Positions 13,701 through 26,026 of a stretch of 64,000 nucleotides of DNA are shown one piece after another. The first letter of the stretch is position 1, and every line of letters begins with the position of its first letter. The stretch comes from Lama glama (lineage: Eukaryota), in contig CM052818.1 in assembly GCA_028534125.1 (NCBI GenBank), positions 16,556,001-16,620,000 on the forward strand. Reading direction: 5' to 3'. The position numbers were made by a program, and so were the translations under genes. The notes beneath the pieces were generated by a model. That model saw only the letters and a program-made list of their open reading frames with translations, was not told the origin of the DNA and searched no databases.

Positions 13701-16700
13701 TTGTATGTATTATTCTATGAATAGAATAAACCTTGTTGTTATAAACATATCCTGTTAAGAAATCTATTGTAATTGGGTTCATAAAGAGAAAGGGATACTC
13801 AGTACTAAAAAATAGGCCTTGGGCTACAAGGTGGGGAAAAATGTTGGACACCAGACTACCCGATTTTCAGTATATACAGAGCTCAATATCATCAAAGCAT
13901 TTGCCAAAGAAATAAACACCCTGAAGAAACTTAGTAGTTTAAGTAGGACACATACAATCCTATGGACAGAAAAACACCTGAGAAGAATATGGAGCAAGAG
14001 ATATTTGCCTTTCCTTGTCCAGTCACCCACTGGTCCCCAGTTACCTTTCAAGGGTTTTTCACCTGAAATTAGACCCCTATTGTTGCTACCTGTTCAGCTC
14101 CCAAGTCAACCACAAAACCTATCTTTAAGATTTGGCTGGTGAAATTAAGCAATATTTCATATATCCAAGAATGTTTTACTTTACAAAATAAATAAGGACA
14201 AATAAGACAAGGACAGAAAGCTAAGAAAGCTGTTACTTGTGGAAGTATTTCAGACAGTGTCACACTGTCTTTGGAGCATATTTTTAGAAATCAGAGCCTC
14301 TCAAGCCCCTTATATTTTGCTGATACTCATCCATTTCCCCCAATTTTCAAAGAAGTCCTTCCCCTATGGTTCACAGGAAATCAATGATCAGGCATATTGA
14401 TTTTTTTTTTTAAGAGGAGGATGGTAAGAACAACGTATTATATGAAGCTCAATCTGTTTTATTTTAACTTTCTGTTTACAGACAGAACCAAGGATTTATT
14501 AATGGTCTTCGAATACCTTGCTCCATCTGGATAATGACTAAAATACGGCTTCTCTAAAATGAGATCAGGCCACCCAATAACCATTCAAATACCACCACAG
14601 ATACTGGCTGTTTATGTAAAAATTCTTTACTGTATTATCATTGGATCCCTAGGAGGAAAAAGGTAACAGCAGTTTCTAATCTCTGCATATCTATTGTTGC
14701 ATAGCATTCAGAGGCCCCAAGTGAAATAAAATAATTTATAGACCAAACAAAGCCTCAATAATAAGTGGAGGTGAGAAAATAAAATACTTAAGTCCAGTCA
14801 AAACTATAGTATGTTATTAAATAAATGCCATAAAAATAAATAAGAAGGTAGTATCTTCTCTCTTCGCAATAAATAGGCTTATGGTGAGTTAAATTCCTTT
14901 TCTTATAGAATTGGCCATTCAGCCTCGTCTGAATGGAATCTGTCATGTTCCACTGTTATTCATGGTTCTTCGTTATTTAGCTTACAAGGAGTGTTACTTA
15001 ATACAAAGCTTGTTCCCTACGTGTCCTTCTGAAAGCAGAACAAGGCAGGATAATAGTTTCAAATTAAATTAGAACATATTGCCTGTGATAGAAGTTTTAG
15101 AGAATCTCAAATCCTTCACCAATAATAATTAAGCAGAAATATCAGAGGTACTCTCAGAGGTCTCAGTGAGTATTTCTCACTGCCGCACTTCAGTGGGAGG
15201 GAATTAATGGCTGTGAAAGGCTATACTGTGACTCCATTGGGAAGATAAATGAAGAACCCAAGTGTCCTAAATCATATTCTATACTGGGGGGGGGACCTCA
15301 AAACAATGGTACAGAAGAAAAGCCTCAGGTAAAGCATCTAAAACTAATAGAAATACATGTGAAAAGCAGTAACTGAGGCACATGTTGCTTTTTACAGATG
15401 GAGCTAAGGTGCTGCTTTTCTGACAGTGTGCTGAGAAATTAAAGAATTTTCATCATGGTTGTCGATTAGATAATCTTTCTCATTCTCACTTAGGCATAGT
15501 TTTATGTGAATCAGAGAGTGTAAGGCACATGGCTAAAGATATTCAGAAGGATTTATTTTGCACATATGTACGTACGTACGTAGTGACTATAATTTTAGAC
15601 AACAATCTCAAGTACATGAGTAATGTCACATTTCTTTATTTTCTTTAAGTCTAATTAAATTCAAATATGAGCCTCCTTCATGCTGGAATAGAGGAAAGTT
15701 CATTCTTAGAAATTAAGTGGAGGACTAATTCCTTTCTTAAGGTTGCCCCAAAACCCAGGAGGCCTATGTAGTACTTTGCAGAAAGAAGAAGGCACACAAA
15801 TTTTGTCACTATCTCCCCTAATCACCTCATTGTCTGAGCCAGAATGGGTTCTAGATATCCAACATCTGGGCTGCACCTATTTCATGCTTGATGAACGGTA
15901 TCTTTCCTATGGTTGATAACCTGGGTCTGCCTAGAGTTAAGCCATTTCCCCCTGAGCTCCTGCTAGCTCTCTAGGGCTCCTACAGAGAAATGGGAACCCC
16001 TGGTAGGGCAGCCCCCAGTGTCTTATGGCCTTCTCAGGATCAGAGAGTTTCCAGTTTACTTTCTCTAAAATGAAAGGGCTCACCTCTCCCCCATCACTTA
16101 TAGGAAGGCAGAATGTCTCTGAGTATCTTCTGTTCATGACCTCTGAATCACAGCTTTCTCCTGAGGCAGGAAAATCCAAATGTCTGACCACATGTATTGA
16201 GTTGAGGGTAGGGAGGGAGACTGGAAGGAAAACTGCAGACAAGAAAAATTTTAAAAACACAAATTAATATTCCAACAATTAAATCTTTTAAATAGGCATG
16301 CATAATGCATCTAACTTCTAAACATATGTAGGGTTTGTATAACCATGTAGATTTTTATCTTGGAGGGAACATTATGCAAATTAACTATAGTCCATAAGAT
16401 TGTCTCACTTTGCTCAGATATAGGAAGTGTCAAATTATTCACATCAACGATACGATACTACTGAATCACTAACAAAGGCTCATTACTAAGTCATTCAAAA
16501 CTCTATGGAAAGGAATGCATCTGATACCGCCTCCGTTTTCAATGTCATGAGAAACTAAAACATTTAGTTGTTATGAAGTTTGGATGATTTCAGCTATAGA
16601 GCAACAATATAATACCTTTTCAACAAGTGAACCCCAAAACAGCCTGATTTAATCACAGTATCCCAGTGCAACATTAAAGGGATAAAGGGCAGTTGGCCAG

Positions 16701-16749
16701 CCCCAAACAGCTGCACTGTGATCATGACACTCCTCCAAAATTATTTCAA

Positions 16750-16920
16750 GTTTTGGCTTCAGGGTTAAACTTATATTTTTGCTTCTGTTTCCTTGTCAAT
16801 AAAATAGAGATAAAAGAGTATGTAGACTACAGGATTGTTGTGAGGACTGAATGTGTTAGTAATGTATTTAAAACAGACCTGGGACAAATGATGTTCAAGA
16901 ATTCTTTGTTGTTTATTAAT
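16750..16920 (+). mobile_element. MIR fragment
   Basis: ctgtttccttgtcaataaaatagagataa...caggattgttgtgaggactgaatg. Confidence 0.6.
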
Positions 16921-17465
16921 ATGATCATTATAGTTATTTTTAGAATAATATGTTGAGCATGGTGAAATTATTTTATGTGTTGGGCATGCTAGTTGAGAAT
17001 GCATGTGGTGTCTCATGTTAGATACTCCAATATGAAAGACCTAAGGAAGCATGTCCTGTCAATGAGGACAGTAAACTGGCAAAAGCATAATGAGTTACAA
17101 CAGGGCCTTAATTTATTCATACATAGAAGAACCTCCATACAAAATTCAGAATATCCAAATACAGTACCCAAATGCAATTCAGCATATTGTTTCCAGTTGA
17201 ATTGAGAATTCTGGGTCCTAAATGAATAAATATTGAACATTAATCAATAAAAAATTGAAACTATTAATTTTAGAGCAGAATCAGATTAAGCATAAAAGAT
17301 GAAACTGAATATTACCTCAAAGTTTTAAGATGACCAAGCAGAGATGCAGAAAAATTGTTTTGCTCCATTTCATCTACTGACAGAATAAGGAATAGAACCT
17401 GATTTCTGTGTTACACTTCATCCCTGTCCCTATGATACTTATATTCTACACTGTATCTTCTAGAC

Positions 17466-17794
17466 CAGGGGTTGGAAAAACTTCTCCATTAAAGGTTCAG
17501 ATAGTAAATATTTTTGGCTTTGCCAGCCAAATCATCTATGTACTCAGCTCTGCCAATGTAGCAAAATGCAGCTATAGATAATATGTAAATGAATACAGGT
17601 AGCTGTGGTGCATTAAAATTCCATTTATGGACATTGAAATTTATAATTGTCATGTGCCACAAATACTATTTTTCTTTTTGATTTATTTTAACCATTTAAG
17701 GTGGTTTAAAACCATCCATAACTGACAGGCTGTGCAAAATCAAGTGGCAGGCTGGATCTGACTAGTGGACTGTAATATAGGTTGTCAAACTCTG
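17466..17794 (+). mobile_element. MER58B-like hAT-Charlie non-autonomous DNA transposon
   Basis: Terminal inverted repeat-like ends caggggttggaaaaac...gttgtcaaactctg; internal cagatagtaaatatttttggcttt, actcagctctgcc, ggcaggctggatctg; left flank ttctagac fits the hAT target preference. Confidence 0.8.
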
Positions 17795-17952
17795 CTCCAG
17801 ATGATGCTCTTATATCACAAGAAGTTTAGTTACAATTTGTAAGCAAGCAAAGTCTATTATTGTAGAAGAACCCATGAAAGCAAAGATTTACCCATAAGAG
17901 GTCACCAAGTTACTCCCAAAGAAAACAGAAATTTTTGTTTCAGACATAGGTG

Positions 17953-18100
17953 TATATATATATTTGTATATATATACCTATGTATATATGTATATGTATA
18001 TATATATACATATATATATATATACACCCCATATATTTCTATACACTCCATATTTATATTTATATTTATATACACTCCATATATATATATGTCTATATAC
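17953..18100. repeat. (TA)n-rich low-complexity tract
   Basis: Directly visible imperfect TA/TATG repeats. Confidence 0.9.
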
Positions 18101-18871
18101 TTATCCAGATATAGTTTCTTATGGCTGAGAATATTTCCAGTGAAATCAACCTGCTGAATTTTGTGCCGCCATTTTCCATTTTATTCATTAAATTGAGGTT
18201 ATCAGTTTCCTATTCTCCACATCCCATGTATCACACTGGTTCATTTCAGTCCAGTACTTACTGAGCATCAAATATGCACAAAGTAAGCCCTCAGTGAAGC
18301 AGTTGTCCTTGAAGTTCCCTATTAAAAGCAGTCTGTTGTCTTTAATTTACTGAAAATTGGCATAAAGAAGCTCAATTGTTTAGCAGACTCTAAATTCATG
18401 GCAACACAAACATTTGTATTAAAAAAGTCAACTGCCTAATCAGGCAGTTTTTCCACCTTGCTCTTATTAGCTGGCCTTCTACATGACAGGGTTTCCTACT
18501 CTGTTCACTTAATATCTGAAAATTGATTGCTCATTATTGTGATTAATGCATTATTATAAGTAAATGATGCGTCTGTGTGTTGGCAATCTCAACAGTTTCT
18601 GAGCAGGTGGAAGATAAATATAGGCAGTGTATCTTGTTTCTCATTTTAAGCTTCTGACCTTACCTAATACAATCTAAATTGACTGACTTCCACATTTCAG
18701 TTTGTAATTTCACCTTGGGTATAGCCAATTTAAAATATTAACATTATAATTAAATGGAATTGAAGAGGAATTGAAAAACAAAAAATCATAGGAAATGCAT
18801 ACATTCAGATCAAGGATAGTTTCTACAGCTCTTTCTTTAGGAAAGAAAGAAAAACTTAATTCTCTGATAGG

Positions 18872-18975
18872 CACCTACATAACTGAGTGATATGCAGCTT
18901 GGGCATTAACATTATGAAAGGCCAAGAATACAGATTCTGTTCCTATGTGAAATGGTTAACATCTCACAGTTCCTA
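18872..18975 (+). mobile_element. Possible highly decayed tRNA-derived SINE (MamSINE1-like)
   Basis: taactgagtg...gcttgggcattaa...aggccaagaatacagattctgttcctatgtg...gttaac loosely resembles a tRNA-type head; weak match. Confidence 0.25.
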
Positions 18976-20099
18976 TAAGTCTATACTTGATCTTAGTCCC
19001 ATACTGTTCCAAAAGAGACTTATTTTGAAAAAAAAAAAATTCTAAGAACAGAAGAAGTTGTATATAGAACTCACTATACCTAAATCCCAAGATTTAATGA
19101 AAAATTCCAATTCATAAAACAATATAGTGGATAGACAACTTTTACCCACAAATGTGGAGATTTCAGTAATTGAACTCAGTTCTACCTATGAATAATTTCA
19201 TTCTTTACCTTAAAATGTATTTATCTAAGAATTTAATAAACTCTCTCCAAAATACCAATCCCTGATAAAAAAATAAAATTGTCAACAACATGTCTTGTCA
19301 CCTCAATTGTTATTAAGAACAGTCAGAATTTTATTTGTGCTCATAGAATTCTGTGCCTGTCACATTATTCACTGGCACTGCATTTGAAAAGGAAAGCAAA
19401 GAGAATGTCATTATGTGATTTATTTCATTAAATTCTCACAATAATCACACAGGATAAGTACTCTTAGCCCCATTTCATATTTCAAAAACAAAAACAAACA
19501 AAAAAATATGGCCCCAGAAGTTTCAGTATCTATCTAAAATTTATCCAATACAAGGGCAGGGCTGGAATTCAAACTTAGGGCTCTATGCTCTCTGAGACTT
19601 TAAGCTCTATGAGGGCAGGGGCCATGTCTGTCTATGTCTTGCTCTGTGTGGAAAGAAAATCACAAGAAATACTTGTTAAATGGTGAATGAACATATATCT
19701 CTTTCTATATACCACAATGCTTCCCAAAAGAAAAACTTAAAATGTATCCCTCTTCAAAGGTACAATTTCAAAAAAGATCACATGTTATAATTTATCTGCT
19801 ACCTTGAGCCTCTTAACCATGCATGGTTTGTGAGACTTAGGGAAATGCCGGTACTAAATCTCACATTTCTTCATTTAAGAAATCATGTGTAATTTTGCTT
19901 CCAACATAGCAATGACTTTTTGACTATAATAATATAAATATGCAATGTGTTTTGAGTGCTTACTATATGCTAGAACTCTATAAAATATTTGTATGCATTT
20001 ATATGAATCTCATACTTTCAGTTTGTATTACAATTTTTGCTGTAATATAATTTCTTATTATCTTTTGGAATTATTCCTTTTTCACTTTTTTTGGTGAAG

Positions 20100-20470
20100 A
20101 ATATAGAAACTGGGTCCTTCTGAGGTTATGAGTTCTTCCTGCTTTCCTAATTGTGTTTCTTTAGCCACCCTTGTGTCACAAGAAGGAGACTCCTGAATGT
20201 GTGTTAATTCCATGCCTTGTATTGTTCTCTTTGTGTACCAGACCATGAAGTTGTTAAATCAGTCTGCTTAGCACTGACTTCAGTGACATTTTATTTGATA
20301 TCTCTACACCTCCTACTTAATACACTGCCATTTATTACTATTTTTTGTTTATAACACTTCTACCTGTTTATTATCCATGTGGTAAGACTCATAACAGCGC
20401 CAACTAAATTAATTTGTCAAGTAAAATTATCTCTGGCATTGTATAAAATGTGGTGCTTACATTCCAACAT
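20100..20470 (-). mobile_element. Probable ancient CR1/L3-type LINE reverse-transcriptase remnant
   Basis: Minus-strand pieces IILLDKLI (~20430-20407), IVINGSV (~20341-20321) and SVLSRL/FNNFM (~20277-20244, one frameshift) occur in the order of CR1 RT motifs ILLxKL...VING...GSVLGPxLFNIFI. Confidence 0.5.
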
Positions 20471-21369
20471 ATTAGCTCATGTCTGCTTCTCATAATTCAA
20501 TTATTGTAACAAAAAGGTTAGAAATCTGATCTGTTTGTTTACTTTTAGGTACAACATTTTACTCTCTTACATACAACATTAGCCTATCTCATTTATACAC
20601 AAGTATCCACAATTCTACAAAATCCTCAAGGCAGAGTTAGAAATAAAGCATGTGCTTATTGATCAAGGGAGATCTTAAAGCACTACATCCAAGAGAAATA
20701 TCAGGGTTCCTCATATAAGAGAGTTTTACACCTTGCCTCTTCCTTCAAGGTAGAAACAGCTAGACTCATTAATTTATAGCTTAAATTTCTTCAGATACTT
20801 CTAGAAAACTAAAGGAAAGTTTAAAAAAAAAGTTGCCTGCATATAAGCCTTAAGTCGTTTCTAAAGTAAATAAAATGACAGTATTTCCTGAACCAGGTAT
20901 GGCTATACCATAGACCAAAACTACATAAAAACCCCTTCTATGATTCATGTCATACTGCAAACCAAATTGATAAAATTATGATAATGCTTTGAGCAAAGCT
21001 TAAAAAATGTTACTCTTGAGGCCAGTTGATAATATCATTATAGATTATATTGATGTTTTAGTCAAAATAGTACAACGTTCTAAAAGGTATAAAATATTAG
21101 AAGGTCCATAGTATAATATTCACAGAGCTCTAAAAATTAATACATAAATACTAATTGACATTTATATTATTGTTGTAATGGAAACAAAGAAAATTAAGGC
21201 CCTTTGTCAATTACCCTGTAGGGTTCTGAATCCTGTCCTTCGTCAGGTTGTTAAACTTTGCTTAACCTTTTTCATCATGTTCTAGTAAGCCTTTTTGTAC
21301 ATCTTTTGAAAAATATCCATTATTTGAAAACTTGACAAAGATAAAGATGCTCAACAGGTTTATGTTCAA

Positions 21370-21628
21370 TACTCTAATATGACTAGCATCCTTATTAGAA
21401 GAGGAAAAGAGACACAGAGGGAGAAAACCACAAAACAGTAGAGGCAGAGATTGGAACACCAAGGATAGCCAACAGCACCAAAAACTAGGAGAAAGGCATG
21501 GACTGGATTATCAACACTTCAGAAGTATATGACCCTGCCCACTCTTTAAGACTTCTAGCCTCCAGAACTGTGAAAGGAGAAAAGTCTTTCAAGGAACTTT
21601 GTTGTTACAACCATGGGAACCTAATACA
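21370..21628 (+). mobile_element. MaLR LTR 3' part (MLT1B-like)
   Basis: ctaatatgactagcatccttattagaagagg...gaggcagagattgga...gacttctagcctccagaactgtga...ggaacctaataca. Confidence 0.8.
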
Positions 21629-21935
21629 ACATAGGACAGAACTATAAGAACTTCAAGGGAATTAAGCTAAAATGTTTACTATGGCTAAAGCTATCTTAAT
21701 TTGGTCAACCAACACTTTTCCTATAGTAAGCAATTACAAGATTTTGTAGTTATTATTGTTTTAATTTATTTGTTTGCTTTTTTACTTGCAGCCAAAAGTG
21801 TCAACTATTAATTTCTTTTCTTGGCATTATCTATATTTTTGTCAAGCAAGAGGTTCTGTCACTCCAAGGAGCAGAGCTATCTGCCTAATGCTTTTGAAAG
21901 TGAAGATCTAGCCCAAATGACTAATACATCCCCTC

Positions 21936-22423
21936 TGTATTGGTCAGGGTTCTCCAGAAAAAACAGAACCAATATTATAGGAATTGGCTCACATGGTTAT
22001 GAAGGCTGAGAAGTCCACAATTTGCCTTCTGTAAACTGGAGAACTAGGAAAGTTGGTGATGCAATTAGACTGAGTCCAAAGACCTGTGAATTAGGGGAGC
22101 CAATAGTGTAAATCCCAGTCCAGGTCCTACAGACTGAGAATCAAGAGTACCTGATGTCCCAGGGCAGGAGAAGATGAATGTCTTTGCTCAAGGGAAGAGA
22201 ATAAATTTGCCCTCCCTCCACCTTTTTGTTCTATTCAGATTCAGGCTCTCATTGGAATAGATGAGGACCATTCTTATTAGTAAAGGTGATCATCTTTATT
22301 TGAACAATTCAAATGCTAATCTCTTCCATAGACACTATCACAGACACACCAGAAGTGATGTTTTACCGGCTATCTGGGCATCTCTTAGCCCAGTCAATTT
22401 GCCACATAAAATTAACCATCATA
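21936..22423 (-). mobile_element. ERVL solo LTR (MLT2-like)
   Basis: tgtattggtcagggttctccagaaaaaacagaaccaata...gaattggctcac...gctgagaagtcca...cacataaaattaaccatca. Confidence 0.85.
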
Positions 22424-23564
22424 TCCATTTTGCATGTGTACAGTTTGGTAGCACACATAATAGGGGAGGGCTATATAAAAGCAACTTGGAGAATTAAACA
22501 TTATTTATAAACTTCTTCCAGATTTACATTACCAAAATTAAACTAAAATGAAATTGTTTGTGGATTAATAGTGGAGGAAAGAGCATATGCATGTTTCCTA
22601 GAGATACATATTTTGTAATGTATTCATTATAAAATGGTAGTTAATTTCATTGTATTAGAGTAAATTTTCATATTTTAAAATTTTATAGTGTATATGAATG
22701 AGATTCATAAGATATTTAGACTAGAACATAGTACATTTTCTACTCTTGTTCTATAAAGTGCACTCAAAACTGAATAGAAAAAATATTCTTTCTAGAGGAA
22801 AATTATGGTCTCTGTAAAGGATTATTGTTACTATTTTTATTATCTTAAGCAGCATTTTTAATTCCTATTGTTAGTCACTCATTTATTCATTCAAAAAAAG
22901 TAATGTTGAGCTAAGTGAAACAAGTTTACAAGTGAATAAATAATAATTATTCTAAGTTAATGGATATTTCCACAAAACATCCATAAGATAATGTAAAAGC
23001 CCATTGCCCACCCACCCTATCTCCAGTCTCTCAAATCCAATCCTTTATAATAGGATTTACCTTACCAATCACTGTGGCCAATTATGGTTAATTTGTGAAG
23101 TTACATGTCCTTATTAATCATTATGCTTACACTCAACTTAGATCCATAAGAATGTAATTTAATGTAAAAATGCAATTTGGTCAAGAAATTGAATTGAAAA
23201 TGAATCCCAACTGAATGGTGAATTAATTTCAGTTGCAAACTGTACAGAACAAATTGATTAAAACAACAACAACAACAAAAAGCCCACCACTTTAATACTG
23301 AATTGATTTAACTGATTAAATATGGAGCATAGCATTGCAAGGACTGAGAAGATTCCACTGTACAAGTTAAGGATGTAGAACACTGTGTATCTTTCTGTTT
23401 AGAGGTGGCATTGTCAGCATTCTTGTGTGTCATTTTTAAAAAGCAAATGAACAGTAAACTGCTTTTGCCCTCCAGTTGTGTTAAGAATTTGGCCAAGTAC
23501 AGGGACCAGGAGAAAGATATATGCTTTTCCCCTTCCCTAATTATCTAAATGTGTGCAAAAAACA

Positions 23565-23570
<6 letters not shown>

Positions 23571-23606
<36 letters not shown>

Positions 23607-23653
23607 TAGGTTGTTTTGTTGTTGTTGTTGTTGTTATTATTATTATTATTATT
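23571..23653. repeat. Compound microsatellite: (TA)n, then (GTT)n(ATT)n
   Basis: Directly visible. Confidence 0.95.
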
Positions 23654-24029
23654 TACTATGTCTTCAAAGTGAGTGAGAAAAAAAGGTACTTTTTGGTTAA
23701 TTGTCATCCCTAGTAGATGTGTGCAGTCATGCAATCCTAAACTTTAATCACCTAATAATGTTGAATGAAATGTCAAGTTACAGTGTTTAGTGGATAAGGT
23801 GAGGGTTTCAAAAGAAAAAAAAAGCATCACCTTCTAATAGCAATATTTCCACTTTAACTAAGTAGAACTCTGAGAAGCTGAGATGGGCTAAAAGCTCATG
23901 GTTGTTTAATTTGCTTCAAAGCGTGTTTATCACAAGGAGAGGCACTAAGCAAACTGAACTCAATATGCCTTCATCCAATATTTTCAGGAAAATTAAATCA
24001 AGTTAAAATAAATAGATTATTTTGAACAA

Positions 24030-24389
24030 TGTCTTAGTTCTGCTGTACCAAAAATACCACCAACTGGGTGGCTTAAAGTACATGAATTTATTTCTCATAA
24101 TTCTGGAGGCTAGGAAGTCCAAGATTAGGATGCCAGCATGGTTGAGCTTTTGTAAAAGCCCTTTTCCTGGTTTGCTATCTTTTTGCCTTTATGTCTTCAT
24201 AAGGCAGAGAGACAACAAACTCTAGTCTCCTCTCCTAATAAGGGTTCTAACCCCATCACTGAGGTTCCATCCTCATGATCTCATCTAAACCTAATTGCCT
24301 CCCTAATTCCCCTCCTCCCATGAAGGTTAGGCTTTCAGCATATGAATCTGGAGGTGGGGCAGCGGGACATGAACATGTAGTACATAGCA
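24030..24389 (-). mobile_element. MaLR solo LTR (MLT1A-like)
   Basis: tgtcttagt...ctgggtggcttaaa...ttctggaggctaggaagtccaagat...ctcatgatctcatctaaacctaatt...catagca. Confidence 0.85.
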
Positions 24390-24984
24390 AAAGAGAAAAG
24401 GCATTAATCAAGATGAATTCTTAGGGTATCTCTAAAAGAGGGCAGAGCCAACCATCTGATGTGAGCATCCTTCTAGAGGGCAGGGACCTTTTCTATCTTA
24501 CTAATAAACATGACACTATTACTTAACACAGCATAATAATAAATAAGTAGTTGTTTAATGAACAAATGAATGAGAGAACAGACCACTGAATGATATGATC
24601 TGACTGCTTATTTATACATTCTTCTTGTTTTTAGCACCATTCAATGGACTGACCTCATCTAGGGACAGACCAACCCTACCTCCCCACACTCCAGCCCACA
24701 TACAGTAGCTGTACATTCAATTTTTCTTCAACAGAGATGGGCCCACGACTTGAGGAACTAAGATTATGGGTTAAAAAGATCCCCACTAGGAAACCTTTAT
24801 TTTGAAGTTTTTATGCCAAACTTCAAAGTAGCCCACACATGCGTTGGATATAAGCAGAATTTCTTCTATCTCTGACTGAGGCATGATAGGTTAAAAAGTT
24901 ATTCTCTCCAGTGACTAGTAATAATTTCTAAATAAGACTAAAGTGCTCTGCTATGAAAACTGATTTCTAAAAACAGTATAAACT

Positions 24985-25290
24985 GATTTTTATTGAATAC
25001 TTATTGTATGCCATGAATCTAGTTCTATCTACCTACCTACCTACCTACAAGTGCCTACCATGTGCCAAGCACTGATGCTAAAGCAATGAACAAAACAAAA
25101 TAAATATCTCTGCCCTATCTTATCTAATTCTAATATTAAACATGTGAAATTTTATTGTATTCTACTCACATTACAGATGAGAAAAGCAAGGTCCTAAGTG
25201 TTCAGTGACTTACCTATGTCTCAAAGCTGGAATAACCAGGATTTTGAACCTAGATCTGTTTAAGTCTGATCTCTATAGTCTTGTCACTAT
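24985..25290 (-). mobile_element. MIR with an embedded L2 tail fragment
   Basis: tttattgaatacttattgtatgcca; gtgcctaccatgtgccaagcactg...aagcaatgaacaaaac; ttacagatgagaaaagcaagg...gattttgaacctagatctg. Confidence 0.6.
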
Positions 25291-25797
25291 CCTCATGCTA
25301 ACTCCCCAAATACTTTATTTTTGAATAAATATCACTCCTTTGACTTAAAACATGTTGTGGAGCTCAATTATCATATACTAAATTAAAAACCACATTATCT
25401 TTAATTCCCAAATCATATTTGCTGCAAGATAATTTCCCACTCTGTCTTATTATTGGAAAAATTAGATTTTGTGAAGAGAGGTGGTTATTTGAATGTAAAT
25501 AAATTAGACAATGTTCTTTGTAGAATGTAGAGATGCTATGACAGTTTGTGCAGAGATACATACAGCAAAACTAGATTTTTAGAAGTTGAAAAATATTGAG
25601 GAATAAAAAATGTGGCAGTAAGAAGATAAAGTTACATTAGTACACAAAATGCTTAGCATAGTGACACTATATTATTGGTAGGTGCCAAGTTTGATTAAGA
25701 ACTTCGTAGTTACCAAAGCAAAGAGGAAAGCCTATCATGAATAAATTCACAATACCCAGAAAATTCGTTCAATGACTTGCTCGAAGTTACTCAAAAT

Positions 25798-26026
25798 CAG
25801 GGGTTAGCAAACATATTTTTCTCTAAAGGGCAGCTAGTAAATAATTTAGGCTCTGCAAGTCATAAAAATCTCTGTAGCAACTACTCAGCTCTGCCACTGT
25901 AGCATGAAAACAGCCTAGATAATACATGAATAAATCGATATAACTGTGTCACAACAAAGTTTTGTTTACAAAAACAAGCAGCAGGCTGGATTTTGTCTTC
26001 TGGCTATAGTTTGCTGATTGATCTCT
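25798..26026 (+). mobile_element. MER58A-like hAT-Charlie element
   Basis: caggggttagcaaac...tctctgtagcaactactcagctctgccactgtagc...gcaggctggatttt...tagtttgctga. Confidence 0.8.

Noticed and set aside
13630..14263. Cluster of overlapping 64-107 aa ORFs
   Set aside because: No recognisable protein similarity; lengths are compatible with chance.
15566..15582. (GTAC)n self-complementary run
   Set aside because: Only about four units; a simple slippage microsatellite.
15937..16267. Overlapping 107-aa and 80-aa ORFs on opposite strands
   Set aside because: No domain or splice support; the locally higher GC content lowers stop-codon frequency.
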